Origin: Pseudogymnoascus verrucosus
Lineage: Eukaryota
Length of the DNA stretch: 64,000 nucleotides
Assembly: GCA_001662655.1 (NCBI GenBank)
Contig: KV460211.1
Strand: one strand, 5' to 3'
Shown: positions 10,665-24,055 of the stretch, in pieces
Layout of the letters: each line of letters opens with the position of its first letter
Position numbering within the stretch: the first letter of the stretch is position 1
Notes under the pieces: generated by a model
Databases searched by the model: none
What the model was told of the DNA's origin: nothing
What the model saw: only the letters and a program-made list of their open reading frames with translations
Position numbers and translations under genes: made by a program

Positions 10665-13600
10665 ATGTGGAACAAGCCCTTCAAGCCGCCCTCGATGCGG
10701 CCACGGCCGGCGGAGGCGAAGAAGCCACGGTCACGAGATGATGAGGTGGAGCGGGTGGAGGCTACGCCGTCGCCGCCGGGGAGTCCTGTGGGGGGGAAGA
10801 AGGGGGTTAAGGTGTGGGAGAATCCTGCGCCGAAACCGCTGTCCCAGACGACGGCAGCGGTGAATGCACCGAGGAAACCGTTGGTGGTTAAGCAGGGCCA
10901 CGGGGGGGGGAAGAAGGAGGGGTTTGATGAGGATGCGCCGAAGGGGTATTATAATGTTATGTGGTGAGTGGATATCTTGTCCGATTCTATGGGGCGATGC
11001 TAATGGGATGCTTAGGCGCAAGTATAGTACGAAGAAACACAAGACGTGGGATGGGGATGGGGTGCTGTTGGTCTGGAACGGGAAGGCGAGGTTGGTGGAC
11101 CTCGAAGCGAGACAGCTGGCTGAGACGAGGTGTTATGAGACGTTCCTGCCGGAGAGTACGCTGAACGTTGGAGGGAGGGAGGTGGAGATTGTGTCGCTCA
11201 TCCCGCGGGAAGATTATTACGCCGGCAAGCCGTTTACCAACACGGCACAGGTGTCGAAGCGGCCGACTGATGTGGTAGAGCCGATACCGAAGCAGGTGCC
11301 GAGTTTCCAGCCGCTGAAGCGCAAGTCGGGCGATATTGAAGGCTCGTCAAGGAATAAGGCGATTAAGGTGGAGGATGGAGACTCTCCTGGCGCGGCGCCG
11401 GCGAAGAACTTTTACGGACAGTCTTCGCTCAAGCAGGAGTTTAAGAGCCCGGTTATTTTGTCGACGGTCGTGCCGCAGGGGAAGAAGGGGGTGCCTACCC
11501 CGCGACATGATCCGCGCGCGCCGGGAGCGTTGGTTATGAAGCGACCCAAGGATTGTCCGAAAGGAAGGCAGATAGTTGATGTTGTTGTTGACCCGCTGCT
11601 CTCTAAGAAGCTCCGGCCACATCAGCGGGAAGGCGTGAAGTTCCTGTACGAGTGTGTAATGGGATTACGCGATTACGGTGGGAAGGGGGCATTACTGGCC
11701 GATGAGATGGGCCTGGGCAAGACGCTTCAGAGCATTGCGCTTATCTGGACGTTGTTGAAGCAGAATCCGATTTCTGGTGATGGGCCCGCGATCAAGAAGG
11801 TGCTGGTTGTGTGTCCGGTGACGCTGATAGACAATTGGAAGAAGGAATTTAGGAGCTGGTTGGGCAATATTAATATTGGCGTTATGGTTGCGGACGGCAA
11901 GATGAAGCTTACGGATTTCACGCACGGTGCGAGTTACAGTGTCTTGATTGTGGGGTATGAGAGGATGAGGGGTATTGCTGAAGAGTTGGGCCAAGGCGCG
12001 GGGATTGATCTTATCATTGTGGATGAGGGCCATCGGCTCAAGAAGGAAAACAACAAGGCCGCGCAGGCTATCAAGGGTCTGTCGGTAGAGAAAATGATTA
12101 TCCTGTCTGGGACACCACTCCAGAACGATCTCACAGAGTTCTTCGTCATGGTTGATTTTCTCAACCCCGATCTTCTCAAGTCGGCCAGCTCCTTCAAGAA
12201 GAATTTCGAAACTCCAATTCTAAGGAGCAGGCAACCTAATGCGAGCGAAAGGGAAAGGGAGCTGGGCGAAGCGAGGCAAGCTGAACTCTCCGAAATGACC
12301 CAGCAATTCATCCTTCGAAGGACAGCAGAGGTCCAGGCACATTTCCTCCCACAGAAAACCGAATTCGTGGTCTTCTGCAAGCCAACCGCGGCGCAGGCTC
12401 AGATATATGAGGAGATACTGGAGTCGCCTGCGTTTATGGGCGCCCTCAATGGGTATAAGGCGGCACAGGCACAGGCTTTGGGGCTGATAAATATTCTGAG
12501 GAAAGTATGCAACTCTCCTATGCTGCTTCTCCCATCGAGCAAGAAGTCCGCATCGAAGCGTGTAGGCGAGGATGGAGAAGATGCCGTGGAGGGAATCTCG
12601 GAAGAAAGACTAAAGGCGCCCCTCCTTGCCACAAGCACAAAGATGCGCGTCCTAGACGGGCTCCTCAAAGCCATCGCCGAAGACCCGCGCAACACTAAGG
12701 AGAAAGTCGTCATAGTCTCCAACTTCACCGCCACGCTTGACCTCCTCCAAAAACACCTCGCGCAGCTTAGTCTTCCTTTCCTCCGCCTCGACGGCGACAC
12801 CCCCACCAACCGACGCCAGGACATTGTCAACGAATTTAACAAGACCTCCGCCAAGAAGAACTTCGCGCTTCTCCTCTCCGCCAAAGCCGGCGGTGTGGGC
12901 CTCAACCTCGTCGGCGCCTCACGGCTCATCCTCTTCGACGTCGACTGGAACCCCGCGACGGACCTGCAAGCCATGGCTCGTGTCCATCGCCCCGGCCAGG
13001 AGAAGCCGACTTTCATATACCGTCTCCTCATGGCGGGCGGTATGGATGAGAAGATTTATCAGCGCCAGCTTACGAAGAAGGGACTCGCGGATAGTATTGT
13101 GGATAACAAGAAGAATGGGGCTGTCTTCTCGGCTGATGAGTTAAGAGACCTCTTTACTCTGGACACTACTTCAGACTGCAAGACCCACGACCTCCTTGGC
13201 TGCAACTGCGGCGGTCGCGCTGTGGAACCTGTAGTTGACGAGCCGACCGAGGACGCCACACCCGTCGAGGAACCCGCTCCCGCAGCCGTTCCCGCTCCCG
13301 CCTCGGAAGCCTCAGACTCCGACGACGACCTCCCCCTCAACCCATGCGACTCCCGCCGCCGTCGCCAATCCCGCCCAACCCTAATCCCCGCCTCGCAATA
13401 CGACTGGGCCGCCGAAGAAGCCCGCGAAGCCGCCTCAGCAGCAGAGCGTCGACGCCTTCATGCTGCGGGGAACATGGCGAGTCTACTGGAATACGAACAT
13501 ATTGATACGGCGGCGTTGCGGGAGCCGCTGGATGTGTTTGGGGTTAAGAGGGAGGGGGTTGAGGAGGTGGAGGGGAGGGTTGGGGATGAGGTGCTTTGTG

Positions 13601-13671
13601 GGGTGTTGGGGGAGGGGGGGAGGGGGGTGAGTTTTGTTTTTGTGAAGAGGAGTGGGGAGAAGGATGAGTAA
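10665..13671 (+). CDS. RDH54: Rad54B/Rdh54-type SWI2/SNF2 dsDNA-dependent ATPase
   Basis: Intron 10964-11015 joins YYNVMW|RKYSTKKHKTWDGDG; helicase motifs LADEMGLGKT, DEGH, SGTPLQNDL, RLDG, AGGVGLNL, WNPATDLQAMARVHRPGQ; C-terminal CKTHDLLGCNC; start could instead be ATG 10614. Confidence 0.85.
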
Positions 13672-14615
13672 GGGGGGTGATCTTGTTTTTGTACTGGGCG
13701 TTGGGTGGGGTGCATAGCGGAAGGGGAGTAGACTTAGACTGGAGACTGGCATTATACTGGGATTGCATGAGGAGGCTTTGATATTTGCTGGCTACGGGGT
13801 TGCTTGCTGGGGGTCTGGAGGGTGGGGGTGGGGGATATACAGTACTAGGTTCTCTGAGATGGACTGGACTGATAGAGAAAAATCTACAATAGAGCCAATA
13901 CCAAACAGTCCGATTAAATGATATACTCCCCTTCCCAGCTCACCCACATTTATTAGCCTCAAGTTACAAGGGAAGGCATCACACGGCACATTTGTCAAAG
14001 AAACCGACTCTGCGAGAAATAGCTTCGATATTCAGCCTCATACGCATCTAATCATAACCCCCGCGAGCAAGCACCCTCAAGCACCGCATGCACCATTCCC
14101 ATCCCTCCTCTCCGCCCCGTTAAAAAAAAAACGCCGTGGAGCGTGGCCCATGGCCCGTGTATCGTGTGTAGTAGGTCTGTTCAACTATCCATCCCAACGC
14201 CCAAAGCTCATACATGAAAACAATGCAGCAAGTACAATAAAATTGAAGCCCTCTTCCTGCCTCCCTGGTGCTTGTAATCTGTTGATATATAGCACCGCCT
14301 CCGTCTCTCTCAGGTCGCTCTTCCCACCTCCGCGTAACCTTCGCATTGGCTGTTGATAGCCGCTGCTGTTATATTGTGTTCGTTGATAGCTGGCTATGCT
14401 AATAATGGATATTGTCGTCGTAATCGGGTATCTCGAATGGTCTTCCCATAAACGCCAGTGCGCTACTACTACCTTCGTATCGTTGTAGCCTCCGTCACTA
14501 AATCTAAAATGCCTCGCTTCAACACTACGTTTACGTGTGCTTGCTCTTGTATGCATGTTCCCCATGCGTCTGTCAGAATAACTGTAAAAATGCGCTCGCC
14601 AGTAAAATTCATATC

Positions 14616-16756
14616 TCAGTTCGGCTGGATCGAGTCCGCGGGCGTGGGCGTGTTCGTGGCTGTCATCACGCTGTCTTCTAGGTCGTCCTCATCTGGAACT
14701 TCGATTATGCCTTCAGGCATGACCACGCCACCCCCAAGCGTGGCTGCGCTCATCAGACCCGTCATGACTTGGTCGTCATCGCCGCCGCCGCCGTCAGTTG
14801 CCCGTGTCGACGCCTCTCGCAACGCGCGCTCCTCAGCTTCCTCGGCTTCCTCCATCCGGGCCAGCGTTAGCCTCGTTCTGTTCTCTGCGTTTAGGTATCG
14901 TCGGAGTCCCATGACGCCGGCGCCGGAGAAGACGCAGAAGGCGTCTCGTTGGTGCTGGTTGAAGTCTGTAGGGAAATGAGTTAGCTCAATACATAAAACA
15001 GTAAATGATGCTCATGATGAGGTGGATGCAACTGACCTGGTGGTGCGTCGCGGCAAAACTTCTCGAGATCGGTTCTCAGGAAAGCCTGGACGCCCGTCAA
15101 GCTCAAGTGGGTCAGTTTAGGGCAGTTGTTCAATAGGATGATGACACTCTGTAATCTCGTTAGTTTCGTTTTCTGGGACGACGCCGTGTACACTTACCCT
15201 GAGTGTGAGGTTGATGCAGTAGCTGAGATGCACTCTCTCCAAGCTGCTCACATGGTTATTTGCGCCATGGAAGTCCGGATACGTGAGATCCGCGGGACCG
15301 GACGGATTCGATACTCTCCGTGAAGCGTGGGACAAAGCGTAGACACTCTCGTCAGTTATATTTTGGCATTTAACTAGCCCAATACGCCTCAACTTTGGAA
15401 GTGTAGCAAGTTTTGTAACGGACGCATCTGTCAGTCGATTGCAGCAGCCGAGATCAATGTATCGGATTCTAGCACAGCAGTGGACCAAGTTCTTCACAGC
15501 GTCGTCCGTAATCTGACTGCAGTGTCCCAGATGCACATAATGCAGGTTCTTGCCAAGTTTGCTGATGGCATTCACAGCCACATCTGTGAGGTTCCGGCAC
15601 TTCGCAAAGACAACATTTCTCAGGCGTGGTGCGACTTCGATGATCTTTTCAACTGCGCTATCCGTGAGCCGAACACAGCTTGTAAAGTCCAGGATCCGAA
15701 GATGGTGGAACATCTGGGTTGGTGGCAGGTTGAGGAAGGCGGAATCGGTAATCAAGTCGCAGTTTGCCAGTCGGAACTCGCGAAGGCTCCTGCCGTATTG
15801 TAGGAGGGCAGTTACGGGCTCGCTGGTAACATTTTTGCAGTGGTGCAAGTCGATTTCTAGGATATTCGGGCAGTTCTTCGCGAACGCCATGATGGAAGAA
15901 TCCTCGATCTGGTGACAGTCGTTGAATTTGAGCTGCACTTAGTTAGTTGCCATCTAAAGATGCGGAAATCTGTTAAACTTACTCTCTTGATCTTCTTGCA
16001 GCGTTCCGCTACTTTTATTAAGGATTCATTCGAGATTTTTGTGCAACCGGAGATATTCAACCCTTGCAGTAGCCTGCAGTTCTCGGCCAACAGGTTGATA
16101 GAAGCCTCCGTAATGTTTGAATCTCCCGATATATCCAATGCCAGTAGCCGCCTGTTATCAGTGATGAGGCTGATCAAACCTTGGTCTGTCAAGCCATGGC
16201 AGTTCGTGAGCGTGAGCCTCTCAACCTGAGTGCAGACCTGGAGGGGCGTCACACTCCCATCATTGACTCTGTCTGCCAGAGTGGCCAAATTCAGTCGCTT
16301 AACAAAGTCCCGGTATGCAAAGTATGGATTCGGCAGGTTGAGCGTCCTGCATATGACGCTGTGTTTCGGCCATGTCGAGCATGCTGGTCGGAGCCACAAC
16401 AGGTCCACCGCGTTCCTCGCCCATGCTTTGCAGGTGAGCATGCAGTTCAGCAAATCCATCGCCGTTCCGAGTTTCGAGAACGTATTAATGAGGATTTCGG
16501 CGGGCAGTCTCTGGATTGGTGGCTGGCAACTGTATTCGTCTTGTACCGCCGCCGGATCTGACGTCGGTACGCCGATGGAGGACTGTGAATCGTTCATGTT
16601 CATAAAGAAATCGAATTCCTCATAATCCGCCCTCGTTGGGGAGTTGCTTGACGAAGAGTGTGAGTCTTCTTCCTGGTCTGTCGGCGTTTGTGTTGTGGTG
16701 AATAGTGAAGTCCCCACCCCGACGGGCGGGACTCTTGAAGATTCACCACCATGCAT
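14616..16756 (-). CDS. GRR1: SCF F-box/LRR protein Grr1/GrrA, 4 exons
   Basis: F-box IQRLPAEILI, FAYRDFVKRLNL, many cysteine-containing LRRs (LPKLRRIGLVKC, LERVHLSYC, LTHLSLTGV), ending FNQHQRDAFCVFSG; three canonical introns. Confidence 0.92.
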
Positions 16757-17344
16757 TGTAAATGAGTTTCAGGCTCGCTTCAGAGATGACATTAAACAAG
16801 ATCGGTCGTCACGATAGACTCGAGGGTATTCTGTGTTTCCAGATTGCTCTGTTCGCGTTCTGGTGAAACAGACGTTGCTGATAAAGACAGGGCCAAGGTT
16901 GGCGACGGTGGAGTAATCAAGGCGCGATTACGTTGGGCTCAGCCTTGTGGTGCTTGGCTCCTGTTGGTGATGTTGGCGATGTTGGTTTCTCGCCGGACAG
17001 AGCTGCGTATTGGTTAAATCCTTCGCGTGCATTTACTGTGTAGTCGGTCGCTGTTGGCTGGAGATAGTTTCAGGGTTTAATGAAGGGAGAGAGTCGTACG
17101 ACTTGGTTGTCATTGTCAATAACTGTGAGTTTGAGGGAATCAGAGTTTCGGTTAGGTCAGCCCCCCCACGTCAGGGCCCACGTGACGATACCATGGGTTT
17201 ACCAAGCCTAACACTAAAGCCAAAAATAGCGTCAGCTGTTCGACGAGTGAGGATTAAAGCGAATGGCTTTATAATCTCATTAATTCTTTTGTTTTTACAG
17301 GAATGTACTGGATGGCTTTATAATCTCTTTATTTTATTTATTTT

Positions 17345-19130
17345 TTATAAATCGGTACTCCTATCTGTACCCTTTGCCCAGATCCTGAGCACATTCTTCT
17401 TCACTTTCCCTGTGCTGGTCTTTGGCAGTTCTGCCACGATTTCCACCTCCCTAGGGACCATAAACTTGCTGATATCGCTCTTATGCTTTGCCCACTGGAT
17501 AACATCCTCTCCCTTGAGTGTCTTCCCTTGCTTTACAGTGACAAAGGCCTTTGGCCGCTCGCCCCAGTGCGAATCAGGTACCGCCACCACACCAGCTTCA
17601 AGGACATCCGGATGTTGAACTAGCATACCCTCAAGAGATACGGACGAGATGTTCTCGCCACCTGAGTTCTGTTAGTAATAGTCTTGGCTTGATGGAAAAG
17701 AAGGGGTGCTCACCACTAATGATAATATCCTTTGCCCTATCCAAGATCTGAATAGCCCCATCTGCATGCCAGACAGCCAAATCCCCCGAATGCAATACGC
17801 CGCCATCGAACATCTTCTTCGTAGCCTCTGGGTCCTTGTAATACTCCTTTGCGCAGATATTGCCAAGGAACACAATTTCACCAATCTCCTTTCCATCCTT
17901 TTTCACATCAACGATGACTCCCGGTGCCTGCTCAGTCTTGATAACACGGCATGGTAATGTGGTAATAGCACCATGGCCCTGTCTCGCCATCTTATCATAC
18001 TTCTCATTTCCAGGCAAGTTCTCCCATGCCGGCATATGATACCCCTTAGTGATCGGGCCGTACGTTTCCGTCAAGCCATACACGTGGACCGGCATAAGGT
18101 TCAATGATTCCATCGTCTTGAACAGATGTGCCGTCGGCGGGCTCGCAGCCACTGTGACCCTCACCGGCTTCTCTAACCTCTCTGCCTCTGGAGACGCGCA
18201 GAGAAGCGTATTCACAGTCGGTGCCGCATTGAAATGCGTCACATTCTCAGTTTTCAGGAGGTGCCAAATCGCCGGGTAATCGATCTTACGCATGCAATAA
18301 TGCGTCCCTCTTACGGCAGTCACGGCCCAGGGGAATGTCCACCCCATAGCATGGAACATGGGGAGCGTCCAGAGGTATCCACAGCGCCCAGTATGATAGT
18401 TAAGCCCCGACTCAACGACATTAGCCAAAGCAGCTAGGTATGCACCGCGGTGGTTGTATACCACACCCTTTGGCTTAGCCGTCGTTCCAGAGGTATAAGC
18501 CAATGCAATGGTGGCTTGCTCGTCGTCACACTGTGACTTTAGACCCGCCCAGCCATTGCCACCGGTTTCCTTGTCATAACTCAAGCCTTCCAAGACCGCG
18601 GCATCGAATGGCCCACTTAGCTCTCCCTCCACTGCATCTGTGTCTGTGTCGATGATAAATGGTATTTGTGGGTATAGCTCCTTGAACCTATCCAGCAGGT
18701 GCAAGTACTCCGCATCCACGATGATAACCTCAACCTCCGCGTGGTTGAAGATGTACGCTATATCCTCGCTCTTAAGCCTATAATTGACGCCGACGTTGAC
18801 TGCGCCCGCAGCGCCAATCCCAAATATACTCTCGAGGAAAGCGGGTGTGTTGGGGCAGAGGATGCCAACCCGCTTGTACTGCTTCTTGAGGAGGTAGTAT
18901 GCGAAGCCGCGGGAGCGATCGGCGAATTCTTGGTACGTCCGCCTTAGGACGACGTTGTTGGCGGTGGTGTGGTGGATGGCTTCGGCATTGGGCTCGATCT
19001 GGGCAGCGCGCTCGAGGAATAATGTGGGGGAGAGCTCGTGGTGGTTGAGACGGTGTGTGAAGGTCTCCTGGGCTCTTGAAGGGAGGAAGTGTGCTGCCAG
19101 CTTCTGGAGGCGGGATGGGGCGCCCGACAT
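17345..19130 (-). CDS. Acyl-CoA synthetase / AMP-binding enzyme, probably peroxisomal
   Basis: YTSGTTAKPKG, YGLTETYGP, HSGDLA, DRAKDIIISG|GENISS, LPKTSTGK; one intron near 17662-17713; N-terminal RLQKLAAHF. Confidence 0.9.
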
Positions 19131-19726
19131 TGCGTGTGGTGTGATATGAGGGCCGTTGTATATAACGTAGATATCATGGCAAGAGGCTTACGTTTCAAAT
19201 AATAATGTAAGCTATAAGATCCAAGGGAAACGGCAATGGAAAGCTTCTTATAAGCCGTAGTCTGGGGTAAACGTGGGGTTGGTGGGACAGCCTTGCCTCG
19301 GGTATGGGGGTACCGTCGGTGGCAAGATGGCCGATCCGATTCACGATATGGTGTTGTGCGGTCTGGAAACCCACCGATGTCGGTATCGGGGTAATGGAAG
19401 GACCCTTAAATCGGATAAGAAACATTCAGTTTTACGATAGCACAAGGAACATTATAATAGGACTTCGCAGCATCTTTGAGATTTTTCCATTTCTCTATGG
19501 AGCAGCATGCCAGTATTCATAGACTGTACACCCGTGAGTTCCCTCCTTCATCAGCGCTCTTTTCCGATGCGGCAATCTCCCAGTCCGTGCATTGTATGAT
19601 ATTGAATCAGCCTTGGGTCTACCCAGTAATAGGGCCGACAAGGTATTGCCAGTGAAAAAGAAACAAGAACAGCCCAGACCCCAACCTCAATACCCATTAT
19701 ATCGCGAATCGATTGAGTTTTGACGT

Positions 19727-20645
19727 TTAGTATCCGAACGACGCAAGTTGCTCCTGGGTCTTGGTGTCGACCTTTGCGCTCTTCTGGGCCTCGGCGAGTT
19801 GTCTCCTCGCAGCCTTCTTGCGCTCGTAGTATGCCGATCCCTTAACCTTACGTCTCTCCTCGAGCCTATGGATTTTGTTAGTTATTGTTCAGTCGTATTT
19901 CGTGGGACTTGAGTTTCTGCTCAAGACCGGAGTTTCACATACCTGGCAACAACATCCTGGTACTTCCAGCCGACCTCGTGGGACAGGCGGCCAACAGTGC
20001 AGTACTTGCGTCCGGGCTTAAGTCTGAGGACACGGAGGGCCTGGGGGACAACCATGCGCTTGACCTTGTCGTATGGGGCTGGGACACCCTCGAAGACCTT
20101 CAGGCGCTCCATGGCGGCAGCACCACGGGCAGTCTTGTGTGGGATCATACCACGGACGGTCTTGTAGAAGATGCGGGATGGGGCGCGGAAATGGAATGGA
20201 CCACCACGGGTTGGGTTGTAGCGGGTCATCTTGCGGAGGTAGGCGTGGTACTTTACTATAAACGGAGATTCGTCAGCATTCGGTTTCTGTGATTCCAACA
20301 AGTTCGTCTGCCAATCGTTCCCACTCCTCTCGTTTCAAGGAAGGTCTGCATTCGTAGATTCAAGGTGGTGGTACGTACGCTTCGCACGGAAGAACTCTCC
20401 AGAGATGTTGAGGGCCTCGCAGCGCACAACAACGATCTTCTGTCCCTCGAGGAGCTGCTTAGCAACGGTCGAGGCCAGGCGACCGAGAAGGTGGCCCTTG
20501 CCATCAATGGTGATCTGTGATATTCCCGTCAGCTCCCGTCTCTCTTCATATGTGTGTCCAGCCAAGTTGTGAAGTCGCATCTTTGAATAGATCGCGAGGC
20601 TGGAACGGCGAGGTGATGACTCACGACTTGCTCGAAAGTCGACAT
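19727..20645 (-). CDS. RPL16: 60S ribosomal protein L16 (uL13), 4 exons
   Basis: [27 protein letters not shown]|..[56 protein letters not shown]. Confidence 0.95.
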
Positions 20646-20889
20646 CTTGTCCTGCCTTTAGGTAAAGAAGACTACGTCGGAATTGTCGGAATCCTCTACC
20701 GTCGTGTTGGTGGAGGAAATGGCGATTTGTCGTGGTTGTCGGCTCGGTCCCAAAATCAATCGTGAGGCACTCAGAGTGTTCGAATAATGCTAGCGCACAA
20801 ATTACGCGCAGAGCCGCATAGGGCTTCAACCCCGCTAAAATGGAAGGGAACGCAGATTTTGGCAGGAAGCGGGCAAACCACGAGAAAGA

Positions 20890-20941
20890 TGACTAAGCAT
20901 AGCATTTAGGAACACCAAAAACGTGACTAACGCATGACTAA
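20890..20941 (+). promoter_or_regulatory. Three TGACTAA bZIP/AP-1-type sites in the RPL16-glutaredoxin divergent promoter
   Basis: TGACTAA at 20890, 20924 and 20935. Confidence 0.5.
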
Positions 20942-21314
20942 GCTTTTGAACCCCGAAAATTCAGGAATAAAGAATTCATAAAAATTCCAGCTGTATCATC
21001 TTGAAACCATCCGAGGACCATCGGGAACTTTGAGATTCGATTGCCGACAGATTCCGTTCTTGTAGTCTACCGTAGTACAATCATGTGCTGCTACCGTAAT
21101 CCGTACTACTGTAATCTGGAATGTACTGTACAGTAATGCAACCAGAAAGTCCGGTGGATTAGCACGGTCCAGCGGTCCAGCCTCGTCCGCTAATCAGCGA
21201 TTTGTAAACTGATTTGGCAGGCGCTATTCTAGATTCCCAGTGTGTTCCATGTCCCTATTTTCCCCCCTCATGGCGTCACCGAGAGCCCTTGTACTACTAT
21301 CACCACCACTACCA

Positions 21315-21938
21315 ATGTTACAAACCCCGAGTCGACGACTTACGATAAATAGAGTCCTTCCCCGCGTCGTATCCTATACCCAACATCATCAACATCGTCC
21401 TTACACTTATAAATCGCACACCTTCACTACCTCAACAACTCCCATCTATTCGCCCAACCTGTCGTTCCTACGTAGACTGTTTTCCGCGAGCCCAGCTCAA
21501 CTAGAAATGGCAGCAGCAGCAAAGACCAAGGTGCAGGCCATCATCGACGAGAACCCTGTGGGTGAGTTTAAACACCGTCAGCACTAAACCCGCCCTGCAT
21601 CTTTCTGACACTTCAACCAGCCGTCTTCAGCAAGTCATACTGCCCATACTGCAAGGCTACCAAGGCGCTCTTGAACGAGAAGGGCGCCAAGTTCTACTCG
21701 ATTGAACTTGACCAAGTCGGTAAGTCGTCGCAACTACTATATATAATGGATAAAGACACTCAGCTGACACTGGCGTACAGAGGATGGATCTGCTATCCAG
21801 GCTGCCCTCGGTGAGATGACCGGCCAGACCTCGGTCCCAAACATCTTCATCAACAAGAAGCACATCGGAGGAAACAGCGACCTGCAAGAGAAGAAGTCGC
21901 AGCTGACAAACCTCCTGAAGGAAGCTGGAGCTCTCTGA
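21315..21938 (+). CDS. Dithiol glutaredoxin (CPYC), 3 exons, with possible N-terminal mitochondrial extension
   Basis: Core from ATG 21507: MAAAAKTKVQAIIDENPV|AVFSKSYCPYCKATK..|..GQTSVPNIFINKKHIGGNSDL..KEAGAL*; upstream in-frame ATGs at 21249, 21270, 21315. Confidence 0.9.
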
Positions 21939-22123
21939 GCGTATTTGGAAGGCTCAGATACTGGCACATGACAGCCTGAGAGAGGGCGCAGTGCTCACAA
22001 CGGACAGAGGTGCATGCACAAATTGTAGACTTAGAGAACTTGGTTATAGAGAGTGGGAAATAGAATTACAACTGCCAATCGATGAGAATGCGCAGCATCT
22101 GCAACTACCTGTTATACATATAT

Positions 22124-23320
22124 TTAGACATGAACCTGGGCGGCAACGGTCCCAACCGGCCTCTCTACAAACTCCATAATCCCCTCCACGATGCTCTTCC
22201 TCGCCGCCTCGCTGGCTACATGGGCGCCAGCAAGGTAATGTAACCAAAGCGCCCTGGATATCCTCTCGTCATCCACTTCTCCCAATCGCTGCGGTCCAGC
22301 CTTGCCATCATCGAACCACGCCGCCAAAGCACCCTTTCCGTTCCTTGCAAGCACCAGCTCCCTTCCTTTCGGCACATTGCCGTGTCCAAACATAGCCTTC
22401 AACTCAGCAACCGATTGTCCAAACTTGTCGTCGCCAAACTCTTCAGGGTGCTTCCTTGCCTGCGCCGTCACGGCGCGTACGTACGCATCTCTCATGTGTC
22501 CAAAATCTGTGTCTCTAACCGGCACAATGCGGAACAGCGTCCGCACTTTCGTGGAAGACAAGATGTGGTTCCACACTTCCTCTCCCGCCTCCGGATCCAT
22601 CAACCTCTCCTTCAGGGTATCCTTCTCCCCCGCCACGAGCGTCGTTGCAATGGGGTCAATCCTCTTAACCAGAGTGCGCTGCAGCTGAGCAATATCATCC
22701 GTCGCCACATACATCCCCACCACATACACCTGAATGCTCAAGAACGAAACCTTCCGTATCCCCAACCCCATAAGCTGATACTCCGTCGGACTCGCCACCT
22801 CCCCCTGCGCATTCTCACTGATCTTCTCATCATCAAACTGCATCAGCCTCGGAAAAGTCGGCACCGTACTCGTCCCCGTCTCAACCGTATCCGTGTTCTC
22901 CTCCGCCTCCTCCCCCATCTTCTGCACCACCGCCTTGCGCTCCGTGCCCACCACGATCAGCGGATCATGCATCCGCGCATCATAGGGCTTCGAATCGAGC
23001 TTCGTCGGCTTCGGAAGGTCGACGGACGTCGCGATCACCCAGATCGCGATCATGCCCGTCACGAACCCAATGCCGTTGTAGATGCTGCGGCGCTTGTAGT
23101 ACTGTCTCCGCTCCTCGGCGGCCTCGCGGAGGCGCTTGTGCTCTTCGGTGGAGGGCTCGTGGGAGCTGGGCGAGGGAGAGGAGTTGATGGCGCGGCGCTG
23201 GAGATGACGTGATGGCGGGTGCGCGGCGGGGGAGCGGAGGAGGCATTGGAGCCGCGAGGGGGGGCCGGAGAGGTTGGGGAGTGTGCGCGCGCAGCGCGCG
23301 GTGCGGTTTAGGAGGCTCAT
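22124..23320 (-). CDS. Aim18/Aim46-like mitochondrial chalcone-isomerase-fold protein
   Basis: Arg-rich presequence, single TM segment, then LMGLGIRKVSFLSIQVYVVGMY and RIVPVRDTDFGHMRD. Confidence 0.85.
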   Translation of the reverse strand: MSLLNRTARCARTLPNLSGPPSRLQCLLRSPAAHPPSRHLQRRAINSSPSPSSHEPSTEEHKRLREAAEERRQYYKRRSIYNGIGFVTGMIAIWVIATSVDLPKPTKLDSKPYDARMHDPLIVVGTERKAVVQKMGEEAEENTDTVETGTSTVPTFPRLMQFDDEKISENAQGEVASPTEYQLMGLGIRKVSFLSIQVYVVGMYVATDDIAQLQRTLVKRIDPIATTLVAGEKDTLKERLMDPEAGEEVWNHILSSTKVRTLFRIVPVRDTDFGHMRDAYVRAVTAQARKHPEEFGDDKFGQSVAELKAMFGHGNVPKGRELVLARNGKGALAAWFDDGKAGPQRLGEVDDERISRALWLHYLAGAHVASEAARKSIVEGIMEFVERPVGTVAAQVHV

Positions 23321-24055
23321 TGTTGTGTGGTTTGGGTTGTGATGCCGGAATGGCGGTTGGCGGTAGGTAAGGAGACGAGAAGCTTGGTTTTTAGAGGAGG
23401 TCAGTGCTCGGTTGATGAACGCGGGGAGAACGTCATCGAGAACGCCACAGAGATATGCACCTTGATGGCATGTGTATCAAGATATATCGAGGACGCGACC
23501 TCTCCGTGCTAAAAGAGTATTAGTTAGCTATAGATTTAAGAAATTGGCTGGTTATGGGATTCTGAAGTTTCCCTTCTCAGTTTATGTAATTACAATGGCG
23601 TTTATGGAGAAAACAATGGTGTCAATTGAACGAGTGGTACAATGCTGCTTCACGCAACTATTGCTTCCGTACAACTACCAAATTCACAAAGCATTTATAT
23701 TCCTAACAATTAATAAAGAATCGAATAAGACGCATCTGTACAATTGTTATAAAAATCGTGTTACTACCAAACATGTCTCACCTCAGCTAGCCACACCCTC
23801 TGTAACCCCTCACGGCAGCCTCGGAAAGTCCAAGCTCCAGAGCTATACTAAGTCCATCCGGGTTAACGTCAACACCCCGACAAACGACGACGACGAAGAG
23901 CTGGCTACCAACCGCCGCCCAACATACATACTTAGGAGGGCCCCTTACATCTTTACACAATCCCATTCTATCTGGCCAAGAATCCAAACTCACCGTCTAT
24001 GAATCGCCCCACCAAAGCCTAGAGCCGCGCCAACCCGTCGCCAAAAGCCGCGACC

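Noticed and set aside
20255..20624. Intronic snoRNA in RPL16 introns
   Set aside because: No paired C/D boxes or H/ACA pattern seen on the sense strand
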